Assembly: GCA_963702205.1 (NCBI GenBank)
Contig: OY969724.1
Location: 1,728,001-1,792,000, forward strand
Direction: 5' to 3'
DNA: 64,000 bases
DNA from: an uncultured candidate division Zixibacteria bacterium
GTDB lineage: Bacteria > Zixibacteria > MSB-5A5 > GN15 > PGXB01
A program made the translations under genes and the position numbers. The notes under the pieces were generated by a model. It had not been told where the DNA came from, ran no database searches, and saw only the letters and a program-made list of their open reading frames with translations. Of the stretch, positions 1 through 9,144 are shown one piece after another. Position 1 is the stretch's first letter, and every line of letters begins with the position of its first letter.

Positions 1-1
1 G

Positions 2-181
2 GCTATTAACCTGATCGACATCTTGTACCTGATTGACCGGATTTACAATCAGGGTCCGGAACTGATCGGCGGCGACATAGTCGGCGACTGCGACTGCAGC
101 AGCGATTTGAATCTTCTCGACGTCCTGACGCTGATTAAAAACATATATACCGGAGGACCTGCCCCGGATTGCAGGAACTAA
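2..181 (+). CDS. 3' end of a secreted protein with C-terminal dockerin-like domain (partial, runs off window start)
   Basis: Frame 2 reads AINLIDILYLIDRIYNQGPE...GDCDCSSDLNLLDVLTLIKNIYTGGPAPDCRN*, the same duplicated EF-hand-like motif as the C-termini at 15706, 17278 and 22516. Confidence 0.85.
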   Translation, partial: AINLIDILYLIDRIYNQGPELIGGDIVGDCDCSSDLNLLDVLTLIKNIYTGGPAPDCRN

Positions 182-202
182 CTGCTGATTATTGAAAACC
201 AT

Positions 203-226
203 TTGGGGCGGTTTCGGCCGCCCCAA
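203..226 (+). terminator. GC-rich hairpin after the dockerin gene
   Basis: TTGGGGCGGT-TTCG-GCCGCCCCAA; no long U tract. Confidence 0.55.
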
Positions 227-253
227 TCTAAATCATAGGACGAATTAACGGGA

Positions 254-1321
254 ATGTACAAATCACGCCTTTATCCGGCATTGATGCCGGTATTACTTCT
301 GGGTTTCGTGTTTTTGGCCTGCGGACACTCTGCCAACGATTCCGCCGCCGATAAGCTCGCGAATTTCTATAAAAAAGATAAAGTTGTCGTCCTGGTCACC
401 GACTCCGGCCTGGGCGGGCTTTCTGTTATGGCCGACATCGCGGGCAAATTCGAAAAAGAACACCCGTTCAAAGAGGTGCAGTTGATTTTTGCCAACGCTT
501 TGGCCGACACGAATTATCTATACAACCAGATGTCATCGACCGATGAAAAAGTCGGCGTGTTCAACGACGCTCTAACCGGTATGACTCAAAACTACCATCC
601 CGATATAATCATGATTGCCTGCAACACGCTGTCCGTGATTTATCCGTTGACCGAATTCTCTCGAAGCACGGAAATCCCCGTGATCGATATCGTCGACTTC
701 GGCGTCAAGATGATGTTGGACTACCTGCACGATCACCCCGACGATGCCGTGGTTATCATGGGCACCCCGACCACTATCGCGCAGGACTCGCACTGTCAGA
801 GGCTAATAGACGCCGGTATTGCTCCGGAAAGAATCGTGACGCAGCCCTGCGATATGCTTGAAAGCGAAATACAGAACGATCCCGAAAGCGACATCACCGA
901 GACAATGATCGATATGTACGCATCCGAAGCGGTGGATAAACTCCCGGCCGAATCCGGACTGGGGCTCGGAGTCGGTTTGTGCTGTACGCACTATGGCTAT
1001 TCCGGAAAATCGTTCGAGAGCTCGTTTGCGACGCTGTCGGGAAAAAATGTGAAGGTTTTAAACCCGAATACCGCGATGAGCCGGTTTTTATTCCGGCCGG
1101 AGTACGATAACCGATATGAATCGACCGGAATTTCTGCCCGGGTGGTTTCGAGAGTGCCTATTTCCAAAGAAGCGGTAGCGTCGATCGGGAAGATGCTCTC
1201 GAAAGATTCGGAACCGGTCGCAGAGGCATTGCGTAGTTATGAATTGAATCGAAATTTATTTACGTATTCCAAATATTCGGCGGACAAATCCGGAGTAAGC
1301 GGTGAGACTGGCGACCGTTAG
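254..1321 (+). CDS. Asp/Glu racemase family protein with lipoprotein signal
   Basis: DSGLGGLSV, IACNT and CCTHY motifs (two catalytic Cys of MurI-type racemases); N-terminal hydrophobic stretch ending FLAC. Confidence 0.85.
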   Translation: MYKSRLYPALMPVLLLGFVFLACGHSANDSAADKLANFYKKDKVVVLVTDSGLGGLSVMADIAGKFEKEHPFKEVQLIFANALADTNYLYNQMSSTDEKVGVFNDALTGMTQNYHPDIIMIACNTLSVIYPLTEFSRSTEIPVIDIVDFGVKMMLDYLHDHPDDAVVIMGTPTTIAQDSHCQRLIDAGIAPERIVTQPCDMLESEIQNDPESDITETMIDMYASEAVDKLPAESGLGLGVGLCCTHYGYSGKSFESSFATLSGKNVKVLNPNTAMSRFLFRPEYDNRYESTGISARVVSRVPISKEAVASIGKMLSKDSEPVAEALRSYELNRNLFTYSKYSADKSGVSGETGDR

Positions 1322-2189
1322 ACTGGATAATCGGGAAATGGCAGCCGTGGCGCTAACCGATGGACTGGCCACTCTGGAAGATATCAATAGTCGCTTTGGG
1401 CTCAGTTATCCGCTGAACCTGTTTGACCTGATCAATTCGGGTCATCTCGAAAAGCTGCGGGAATGGTACGACAACGGTGGCGCGGACAAATTATACCACC
1501 CGGATACCGGGAAAATTCAATACGACAAGGCAGAATTCGCGCCGTTGTATCGTCATCCCCGCAAAATCTGGGGCATCGGGCTGAATTACAAATCTCACGC
1601 GGCTGATCTTTCTGAATCCGCCCCGACCGCCGAACCGGCCAGTTTCATGAAGCCCGATACGACTATAATCGGGCACGGTGATAAAATAGAAATACCCGTC
1701 ATGTCGCAGAAAACCACGGGCGAGGCGGAACTCGGGATTATTTTAGGACGGATATGCCGCAATGTTCCTGAGGACAACTGGCAATCGGTGGTCGCGGGGT
1801 ACACGACAATCATAGATATGACCGCCGAGGATATCCTCCGGCGCAATCCGCGCAATCTGACACAGTCGAAAAGCTTTGATACTTTTTTCAGTTTTGGCCC
1901 GTTGTTTTATACGGTCGATGAATTCCCTGACATTACTTCATTGACAGTATCGACCGTACACAACGGGTCGATTCACGCGACCAACGAAGTCGCCAACATG
2001 ACCTTTCTTCCCGATTTCTTGGTGTCGTATCATACCCGCATAATGACGATGCTCCCCGGAGACATAATTTCGACCGGAACACCGGGTGCGGCACCGCTTC
2101 GCGACGGGGATACCATCGCCTGCCATATTACCGGTTGTCATCCTCTTAAAAATCCGGTCGTCGATTTAAAATTAAAAAATGGAGATTAA
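1302..2189 (+). CDS. Fumarylacetoacetate hydrolase family protein
   Basis: KIWGIGLNY, FMKP, EAELG, KSFDTF, PGDIISTGTPG motifs; GTG start overlapping the upstream gene. Confidence 0.9.
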   Translation: MRLATVRLDNREMAAVALTDGLATLEDINSRFGLSYPLNLFDLINSGHLEKLREWYDNGGADKLYHPDTGKIQYDKAEFAPLYRHPRKIWGIGLNYKSHAADLSESAPTAEPASFMKPDTTIIGHGDKIEIPVMSQKTTGEAELGIILGRICRNVPEDNWQSVVAGYTTIIDMTAEDILRRNPRNLTQSKSFDTFFSFGPLFYTVDEFPDITSLTVSTVHNGSIHATNEVANMTFLPDFLVSYHTRIMTMLPGDIISTGTPGAAPLRDGDTIACHITGCHPLKNPVVDLKLKNGD

Positions 2190-2192
2190 ACC

Positions 2193-2981
2193 ATGGAATT
2201 CGGTCTTAAAGACAAGCCGGTGGTGGTGATGGCGTCGGGCGGCGGCATCGGGCGCGGAATCGCCCTGCAGTTTGCGCGGGAAGGGGCCAGGGTCATGATG
2301 TTCGACCGAGATGAGACGGCTCTGTCGCAATCGCAGGAAATAATTTTCAAAGAGACGGGATTAAAGCCGCTTGTCTTCGCCGGTGACATTACGGAAATCG
2401 AGGACATCGAGGATTTAGGCCGGACCATGGAAAAAGAGTTCGGGACCGTTTTCGCTCTGGTTAACAATACCGGCGGACCGCCGGCCGGCGGTTTTGACGC
2501 GTTCAAAGACGAGCATTGGGTCAACGCTTTCGAGTTGACGCTGCTGGGGTACATTCGCGTGATTCGGGAGATGCTTCCTCTGATGCGGCAAAACGGCAGC
2601 GGGCGAATCGTCTGTAATGCGTCGTCGTCGATAAAGCAGGCCATAGACAACCTGATCCTGTCCAATGTTTTTCGCATGGGTGTGCTGGGTTTATGCAAGT
2701 CGCTGGCGCGCGAACTGGGGCCGGAGAATATTCTGGTTAACGTCATCGGACCGGGCAAGATCGACACCGAGCGCGTCGCCTATATCGACGCCCGTAAAGC
2801 CGAGAAGATGAATGTCACGCCGCAAGAATTACGAACCCAGATGGAGAAGAGCATTCCGCTTGGACGCTACGGTACAACCGAAGAGATCGCGCGGACGGTG
2901 GTCTTTCTCTGTTCCGAGGCCAATACGTTTATTTCGGGGCAGAGCATTCTGGTCGACGGCGGCATGGTCGCGGCGTATTAA
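2193..2981 (+). CDS. SDR family oxidoreductase
   Basis: ASGGGIGRG nucleotide-binding motif, LVNNTGGPP, NVIGPG, FISGQSILVDGG. Confidence 0.9.
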   Translation: MEFGLKDKPVVVMASGGGIGRGIALQFAREGARVMMFDRDETALSQSQEIIFKETGLKPLVFAGDITEIEDIEDLGRTMEKEFGTVFALVNNTGGPPAGGFDAFKDEHWVNAFELTLLGYIRVIREMLPLMRQNGSGRIVCNASSSIKQAIDNLILSNVFRMGVLGLCKSLARELGPENILVNVIGPGKIDTERVAYIDARKAEKMNVTPQELRTQMEKSIPLGRYGTTEEIARTVVFLCSEANTFISGQSILVDGGMVAAY

Positions 2982-3287
2982 GAACTGACTGATTCGATAT
3001 TGTTTCTCTCGTTATGATTCTTGACCCTTCATTAAATCGAATATATTTAGATTTTGTCATGCGTTAAATGCGGGGCGGTAATAATTACATGTCGCTTATG
3101 AGTCATATTGACAAGAGCAGGGGTGTATGACCGGTTTTGATTTGCATGGCATTTTGGGGTTGCCTTAGGGGCGTTGATGGGGCTATATTGAATTATCGAA
3201 TTCGAAAATAGCGGGGGTTCGCGGGATTGTGTGGTAATCAGGGGAATTGAGGGGATTTGAAATTGGATAAAATAATCTGTCAAGAAC

Positions 3288-3313
3288 CCCGACATAGAAT
3301 GTCGGGCCACCGG
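3288..3313. repeat. REP-like hairpin (family A) with flanking CCGG
   Basis: CCCGACAT-AGA-ATGTCGGG followed by CCACCGG; a half copy ATGTCGGGCC lies near 4563. Confidence 0.55.
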
Positions 3314-3436
3314 GCCGGTTTTTCTATGATAAGTGAAATTAATTCAGCCAATATAGCATACCCATATTCGAATCCAGTATGGCATGACTATGGATGGAAA
3401 AAATGGTTTTATTTATTACCCAGGAGATATTGAAGT

Positions 3437-3640
3437 ATGGACCATATTACTATAAACAGATGCACATTATATGTATTATTAGCATTATTATGTGCATTTA
3501 TTAGTTGTATGTCTAAGTACAGAGAACGTGCTATGCCAAACATGTATAATATTGATAATATTGCGACAATGATACTATTTGTTGATACTACTTTGATTGG
3601 TGAAAGTGTACATGACATGCAATATGAAATTAACCGGTAA
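3437..3640 (+). pseudogene. Truncated AT-rich putative lipoprotein (possible immunity gene), cut by a REP doublet
   Basis: LLALLCAFISC lipobox-like N-terminus; the stop codon comes from the inserted repeat at 3632. Confidence 0.4.
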
Positions 3641-3823
3641 CACACCCTTTTAGGGTGTTTGAGATGGTCTAAGGCAATACGGTATGTGTCGAACATGGCA
3701 TTGGGGGAAATCAAAAGTATTCCGACTCTTACATTTTGTTTTGGCTAAAGAGATTACTTGCTTGAGATGGATTATGGTAGCAAAATCCAATTGACCACAC
3801 CCTAAAAGGGTGTGTTACCGGTT
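3632..3823. mobile_element. Non-autonomous REP doublet / MITE-like element, copy 1 (family B)
   Basis: 27-bp perfect inverted repeat AACCGGTAACACACCCTTTTAGGGTGT (3632-3658 / 3797-3823), each arm with an internal ACACCCT-TTT-AGGGTGT hairpin; second copy at 5881. Confidence 0.8.
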
Positions 3824-3911
3824 TGAATTTATTATACAAAATGGAGTGGTTACACATTCAACATTTATTCCGAACGGTACCTTTACAGGGTGCCCTAATT
3901 CACGATTTTGA
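3822..3911 (+). pseudogene. Start-less ORF fragment resembling a polymorphic toxin C-terminal tip
   Basis: Reads FEFIIQNGVVTHSTFIPNGTFTGCPNSRF* directly from the REP end; stop lies 23 nt before an immunity-like gene. Confidence 0.35.
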
Positions 3912-3934
3912 TCATTTTAGTCTGGAGAGATATT

Positions 3935-4489
3935 ATGGAAATATTCAAACACAATATAAGGTTCAATAGCTGGGGCGAGATTTATGCCGGTCTTAAAAGG
4001 GGTTATATGGGTGTCGACGAAATATCCGAATTTTGTCAGGACGGTAAAATAATAGTATGTAATGAGGAACGTATTATAAAATTGAGCGTGGAAAATTACG
4101 AATCGTTACATAATGTATTTGAATTTATTCGGGCCTTTATTATTGAGGACAATCATAAGGCCATTCCCATTGTTAGTTATGAGGAAGATAAATATCCTTT
4201 TAAATATATACCAACTGAATATTGGGAAATATGGAAATTGGAGTTATTGCTAAAAATAATGAACCGTGATATCACAATCGAAGAACAGCTAAGAAAAGCT
4301 CATTATGATGTATATGTTGAATTCGAATATGCATTGGAAGATGCCGAATTCTCTTTTTTAGGCAATCGCACTGGAAAAGGACCAAATAGTCTATATAGAA
4401 GTTTATTAAGTTACGTAGATAATAAGATAAAATATCTTCAATTGCTGAATAAAAAAACCGAGGAGCAATATGGTTGTGAGAATGCATAA
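3935..4489 (+). CDS. AT-rich hypothetical protein, DUF2247-like putative immunity protein
   Basis: GGAGA RBS before ATG 3935; N-terminal SWGEIYAGLKRGY resembles DUF2247; acidic and aromatic-rich. Confidence 0.55.
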   Translation: MEIFKHNIRFNSWGEIYAGLKRGYMGVDEISEFCQDGKIIVCNEERIIKLSVENYESLHNVFEFIRAFIIEDNHKAIPIVSYEEDKYPFKYIPTEYWEIWKLELLLKIMNRDITIEEQLRKAHYDVYVEFEYALEDAEFSFLGNRTGKGPNSLYRSLLSYVDNKIKYLQLLNKKTEEQYGCENA

Positions 4490-4688
4490 CGCAAGATAGA
4501 ATACTGGTTTTCTCACAATTTTATGGGCGAGATTGAAGAAATTGATGGGTTGTGCAATCAAAATGTCGGGCCGTTCTTTGCCAATCTTTGTGTAAGAAAA
4601 GGCTTTTTGGTCGTAAGTTTATAACCCTATGGAGCACACTCATTGGCAAATTGGCTGCCATGAATAAGAAAGAAATTGAGTTGGCCGG

Positions 4689-5280
4689 GGTCGCCCACGG
4701 CTTGCCGTGGGAATGATTGTTTACTATATTAAATTATGCCGCGCTTGAAACATTATGATAATACGGGAACAGCCCGATTCATCACGTTTAATTGCTATCG
4801 TGATGAACCTGCACTGTCTGATGAGGTCGCCAGAAAACTACTGGCTCGATATATCGAACAAGCGCGACATAAATATGGGTTTCGAATGCTTGGCTATGTG
4901 ATTATGCCCAATCATGTGCATCTTGTCATTCACCCGCTGGACGGAACACCGATGGGGCAGGTGGTCGGAGAAATCAAGTCATTGACGGCTCGGGAATGGT
5001 TCCAACTGGCGGAAATACGTTCGAAAGACGTCGTTCGCGTATTTTGGCAGAAGCGGTGCTATGATCATAACTGCCGGAGCACCGCCGCAGTCCGAGAAAA
5101 GATAGCGTATTGTCATGCCAACCCAGTGCGATGGGGTTTGGTAAGCGATCCGGGGGAATGGGTGTGGTCAAGTTATAATTGGTATCAGGGTAAACAGGAT
5201 GTGCCATTACGGATGGACCAATATGAATTATGACCGTGAGTATTTATATCGGGGATTCCCACGGCAAGCCGTGGGCGACC
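4689..5280. mobile_element. RAYT element: transposase flanked by inverted REP hairpins (family C)
   Basis: 26-bp perfect inverted repeat GGTCGCCCACGGCTTGCCGTGGGAAT (4689-4714 / 5255-5280) with CCCACGGC-TT-GCCGTGGG hairpin. Confidence 0.85.
4736..5233 (+). CDS. REP-associated tyrosine transposase (RAYT, HUH/Y1 family)
   Basis: FITFNC, YVIMPNHVHL (HUH), FWQKRCYDH, YCHANPVRWGLV, WVWSSY motifs. Confidence 0.92.
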   Translation: MPRLKHYDNTGTARFITFNCYRDEPALSDEVARKLLARYIEQARHKYGFRMLGYVIMPNHVHLVIHPLDGTPMGQVVGEIKSLTAREWFQLAEIRSKDVVRVFWQKRCYDHNCRSTAAVREKIAYCHANPVRWGLVSDPGEWVWSSYNWYQGKQDVPLRMDQYEL

Positions 5281-5651
5281 GGCCATTTCTTGTGGGCGCT
5301 TGGTTTGCCACAAATAATTATGTCGGTCAAGCATGCTTTGATAGCAATGTAGATTTCAATTTTTGGAAGTGTATGGGGCATGCTTTGGTTGGCGGATTGA
5401 GTGGATATTTCTCGACTTTTGGAGAACCCGGAAATCTCGGTAGTAACATTATTTCTCATGCGGCTAATGCGGCAACCTCATCAGCTCTCCATAACGCCAT
5501 AGATGAACGAGACGGGCGTGCTTTTTGGGGCAGAGTATCGCTTTCGGCCGGTGCCGGTGCGCTTGAGGGCTTTTTGACGTCTGAACATTTTGATATCTTA
5601 TGCACCACAGGGGATTACAATCGTATGATAATGAGATCAGGGACCTCCTAG
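5281..5651 (+). pseudogene. Fragment resembling the Gly/Ala-rich pre-toxin region of RHS/polymorphic toxins
   Basis: GHALVGGLSG...HAANAATSSAL...SAGAGALEG; no start of its own, begins right at the REP end. Confidence 0.4.
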
Positions 5652-5699
5652 TTGCCGGTAAATATAAGGAAGCCTGTACTTATGCTTCAGGTGTCTATA

Positions 5700-5879
5700 A
5701 GTTGGCCGGGGTCGCCCACGGCTTGCCGTGGGAATGATTGTTTACTATATTAAATTATGCCGCGCTTGAAACATTATGATAATACGGGAACAGCCCGATT
5801 CATCACGTTTAATTGCTATCGTGATGAACCTGCACTGTCTGATGAGGTCGCCAGAAAACTACTGGCTCGATATATCGAA
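5700..5879 (+). repeat. Exact 180-bp direct duplication of 4679-4858 (left REP plus first 41 codons of the RAYT)
   Basis: Base-by-base identity at offset 1021; ends where REP doublet copy 2 begins. Confidence 0.92.
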
Positions 5880-5880
5880 T

Positions 5881-6067
5881 CCGGTAACACACCCTTTTAG
5901 GGTGTGAGAGATGGTCTGCGGCAATGGCGTATGTGTCGAAAATGGCATTGGGGGAAATCAAAAGTATTCCGACTCTTACATTTTGTTTTGGCTAAGGAGA
6001 TTACTTGCTTGAGATGAACAATGATCGCATTATGCCGTACAACAAGCCCTGAAAGGGTGTATTACCG
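5881..6067. mobile_element. REP doublet / MITE-like element, copy 2 (family B)
   Basis: Colinear and same length as 3634-3820; left arm identical, right arm degenerate (CCCTGAAAGGGTGTATTACCG). Confidence 0.8.
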
Positions 6068-6165
6068 TCTGCTGTGGTACCCTGTCAGAGCCAGAGCAAT
6101 AAAAATATAATCCTCCTCAATCCAATTTGCTTTTTCCTCCATAATTTCTTACCATCCCTTTCGTT

Positions 6166-6960
6166 ATGAACCACGGAATTGTTTGGGATTTTAATCCGAC
6201 CATGTTCTCGATCGGGTCGTTCGACGTGCGCTGGTACGGCCTGATATTTGTCATTGTCTTTCTGGTCGGCTACTGGCTGTGGCGCTGGCAACTGCTACGC
6301 GGCGGCCAGACGCTTGAAACCGCCCAGAATTTCTTCATCTGGGGCATCATCGCTGTCATAGTCGGGGCCAGGCTGGGTCATTGCCTGTTTTACGATCCGG
6401 GATATTACCTGACCCACCCGCTACACATCCTCTATACCCGTGAGGGAGGGCTGGCGTCACACGGGGCCATGATCGGGTTGATTATCGCGCTGTTTTGGTT
6501 TGCCAAAAAATACAAGATGGGCTTTCTCGATACGCTGGACCGGTTTTCTTTCTCGGCAGCGTTCGGGGCGGCGGCGGTCAGGGTCGGTAATTTCCTCAAT
6601 TCCGAGATTGTCGGGCGGCCCACCGATGTCCCGTGGGGGGTACGATTTATCCGCTATGATGGCGGAGTAGTGCCTCGCCACCCGACACAGATATATGAAT
6701 TCCTTATGGGGATGATAATCCTGCTTATTCTGTATCTGGCCGACAAGCGGGCCGGAAAAGAGAAACGCCCGCGCGGTCTTCTGGCCGGGCTGTTTCTGAC
6801 GCTTTATTCGCTGGGGCGGTTCATAGTCGAGTTTTTCAAAGAGTATCAAACCCTGAGCCCGAATTCGGTTCTTACTATGGGTCAGTATTTATCGATTATC
6901 CCGTTTTTCATCGGTCTCTGGATTTTGTATCTGGCTTATAAAAAGCCTCGTGCTAATTAA
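6166..6960 (+). CDS. lgt: Prolipoprotein diacylglyceryl transferase
   Basis: VRWYGL, GARLGHCLFY, GGLASHG, RVGNFLNSEIVG, RHPTQIYE, RFIVEFFKE. Confidence 0.97.
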   Translation: MNHGIVWDFNPTMFSIGSFDVRWYGLIFVIVFLVGYWLWRWQLLRGGQTLETAQNFFIWGIIAVIVGARLGHCLFYDPGYYLTHPLHILYTREGGLASHGAMIGLIIALFWFAKKYKMGFLDTLDRFSFSAAFGAAAVRVGNFLNSEIVGRPTDVPWGVRFIRYDGGVVPRHPTQIYEFLMGMIILLILYLADKRAGKEKRPRGLLAGLFLTLYSLGRFIVEFFKEYQTLSPNSVLTMGQYLSIIPFFIGLWILYLAYKKPRAN

Positions 6961-7187
6961 TAAGCAATTTCTGTCGATCTGTTTTTTAATAATGTTCGCG
7001 GCCATAAGTGATTGTGCTGTAAATAGTAGCGCCTGTTTTGCTGAAAAGTCGCTATTTTATCAAAGTAAAATATAGATTTTTATATTTTACCTTTATAGCT
7101 TTAACGAAAATAAGAATAGCTGGCAAGTGCAACTGTATTTTCGCAATCCGGACTTATCTACAAATCCTCAAACGGTAGCATCGTGCA

Positions 7188-7865
7188 ATGAACTCCGATG
7201 ACTTCATAAATGAGATGAACGCCTATTATGATTCTCGCGCCGAATGGCACGATGACTATATGAGCTATGAGTCCAACGCCAAAATGGAAGAACAACTGGA
7301 GCCGATAATCTCTTTAATCGAAAAATATATCGTAAATAAAGACGTGCTCGAAATCGCGTGCGGGACCGGCAACTGGACGCAGGTGCTGGCGCGTCGTGCA
7401 AAATCGGTGCTTGCGACCGATATCAATCAATCGGTCATCGATATTGCGCTCGGCAAAGAATATAAATCCACAAAACCGGAATTCGTAATTGCCGATGCGT
7501 ACACATTGGACAATATAGGTACAACTCATGATGTAACCTTCGCGGCCGATTTCTTTTCGCACATTCCAATTCCTAAAGTCGGGTTGTTCATAAGGTCTGC
7601 GGCGAATAGGCTGAGAAGTGGCGGCACAATTATTGTGCTGGATATGCTGCCACATGAAGGGTTGGAGATAGATAAACATCAATATGACGACGACGGCAAT
7701 TTTTATTGTCTGAGGACTTTGCCCAACGGAGAGCGGTTTCGCGTTATCAAAAATTTTCCCGACCAAGTGCAGCTTTCTGACTATTTTGCATGTTTAGGCG
7801 GAAATTTAAAATATTACCAGAACGATGCTCTCAAACGGTGGCTGGTGATTTTTACACTGAGCTGA
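7188..7865 (+). CDS. Class I SAM-dependent methyltransferase
   Basis: VLEIACGTG motif I, ATDIN, IADAY. Confidence 0.88.
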   Translation: MNSDDFINEMNAYYDSRAEWHDDYMSYESNAKMEEQLEPIISLIEKYIVNKDVLEIACGTGNWTQVLARRAKSVLATDINQSVIDIALGKEYKSTKPEFVIADAYTLDNIGTTHDVTFAADFFSHIPIPKVGLFIRSAANRLRSGGTIIVLDMLPHEGLEIDKHQYDDDGNFYCLRTLPNGERFRVIKNFPDQVQLSDYFACLGGNLKYYQNDALKRWLVIFTLS

Positions 7866-8101
7866 ATAGAATCCTGTATTTGCGACCGAAACGGTCTTGT
7901 TTGGCGTCAATTACTTTTCATTTCTCACTTGCTAATTTTCCAAATGCCATTATCTTTGCGGCTTTGATTTGTTGCCCGATGGCCGTATATTATCAAAATC
8001 CCCATTTCGGATAAAACCATGTCCGATTGGGAATTGCTCACGGATGACCCCGGGACGATGAAATTTTAATCTTCCCGATTCACTCCCTCAGGGAGGTTAG
8101 T

Positions 8102-9085
8102 ATGCCGAAATTATCCGGTGCCCGGCAGGCCAAAATCGCCGCCCGGACTATAAAAAATATGATTGTCGGACGGCCGATAACCGTCTCCTTCGAGATTACC
8201 TATAACTGCAACGCCAACTGCAAGCACTGCGACCTCGGTCATTATGTCAAAGAGCCGCGTATGGAACCGGCGGCGTTCGCCAAATGGCTCGAGGACTTAA
8301 AACCGGTCGTGGCCCAGATCTCCGGCGGTGAACCGCTTCTGCGCAAGGACCTGGTCGATATCGTCAAGGCTATGCGCGCCAAAGACCAGATTGCGGTCTT
8401 CGTCGTCACGACCAATGTTCAGCTTCTCAACGAAGAAAAATACCTTAAGCTGCGCGAAGCCGGAATTGACCAATGGTCGTTTTCGCTGGATTATCCCGAT
8501 GAACGTCACAATGAATTCCGGAGTCTCAAAAATAATTTCGAGCATATCAGGGATTTATGTCAGACAGTACGAAAGTACGATAACAACGATATTCTCCTGG
8601 CGTGTGTCGTCCAAAGCGATAATTTCCGCGACCTGCCAAATATAGCACAACTCGCCAAAGATTGGGGGGTCGGCTGCAATTTCAGCACGTACAATTCCCT
8701 GCGCACCGATAACACCGACTATTTGATTTCAAAACCCGAAGACCAGAAAGACCTCGAAAAAATAGTCGATCAACTGGTGCAGATGCAGCGTGAGGGATAC
8801 CCGATTATGACTTCCGAGTGGACCCTGCGGCAGATGATCGAATTTTTCAAGACGTCGCGTCAGCCTGACTGCAAAGCCGGGAGCCGGTTTATGATTGTCA
8901 ATCCGTGGGCCAAACTGACGCCGTGCGGGATGTTTCGCGAGCAGTTCGATTCGCAGAAGGAACTTAACGAAAAATTCGCGCAGCAGAATACCTGCGAGTT
9001 GTGTTTTACGGCGATACGAGCCAATTCCGAAAAGTCGCCGTTTAGGATGCTCTCCGACGCCCTGCGGGTGGTCCGCCAGAAATAG
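8102..9085 (+). CDS. Radical SAM protein (SPASM/twitch-type C-terminal Cys)
   Basis: CNANCKHC CxxxCxxC, ISGGEPLLR, C-terminal CKAG...PC...CELC. Confidence 0.9.
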   Translation: MPKLSGARQAKIAARTIKNMIVGRPITVSFEITYNCNANCKHCDLGHYVKEPRMEPAAFAKWLEDLKPVVAQISGGEPLLRKDLVDIVKAMRAKDQIAVFVVTTNVQLLNEEKYLKLREAGIDQWSFSLDYPDERHNEFRSLKNNFEHIRDLCQTVRKYDNNDILLACVVQSDNFRDLPNIAQLAKDWGVGCNFSTYNSLRTDNTDYLISKPEDQKDLEKIVDQLVQMQREGYPIMTSEWTLRQMIEFFKTSRQPDCKAGSRFMIVNPWAKLTPCGMFREQFDSQKELNEKFAQQNTCELCFTAIRANSEKSPFRMLSDALRVVRQK

Positions 9086-9144
9086 CTGTTTTTTGTCATC
9101 TGCAGACGGGCTGCAAAATCTTATTTGCAAGCTTTCAGCTTAAT

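Noticed and set aside
5199..5280. Start of the 150-aa ORF 5199-5651
   Set aside because: The N-terminal part reads through the RAYT end and its REP; only the part after 5280 looks protein-like
3288..6067. Palindromic repeats as a CRISPR array or integron attC sites
   Set aside because: Repeats are inverted pairs of three families with irregular spacing; no cas or integrase gene; the adjacent RAYT explains them
8000..8095. Two hairpins upstream of the radical SAM gene as a riboswitch
   Set aside because: I could not match any known riboswitch consensus
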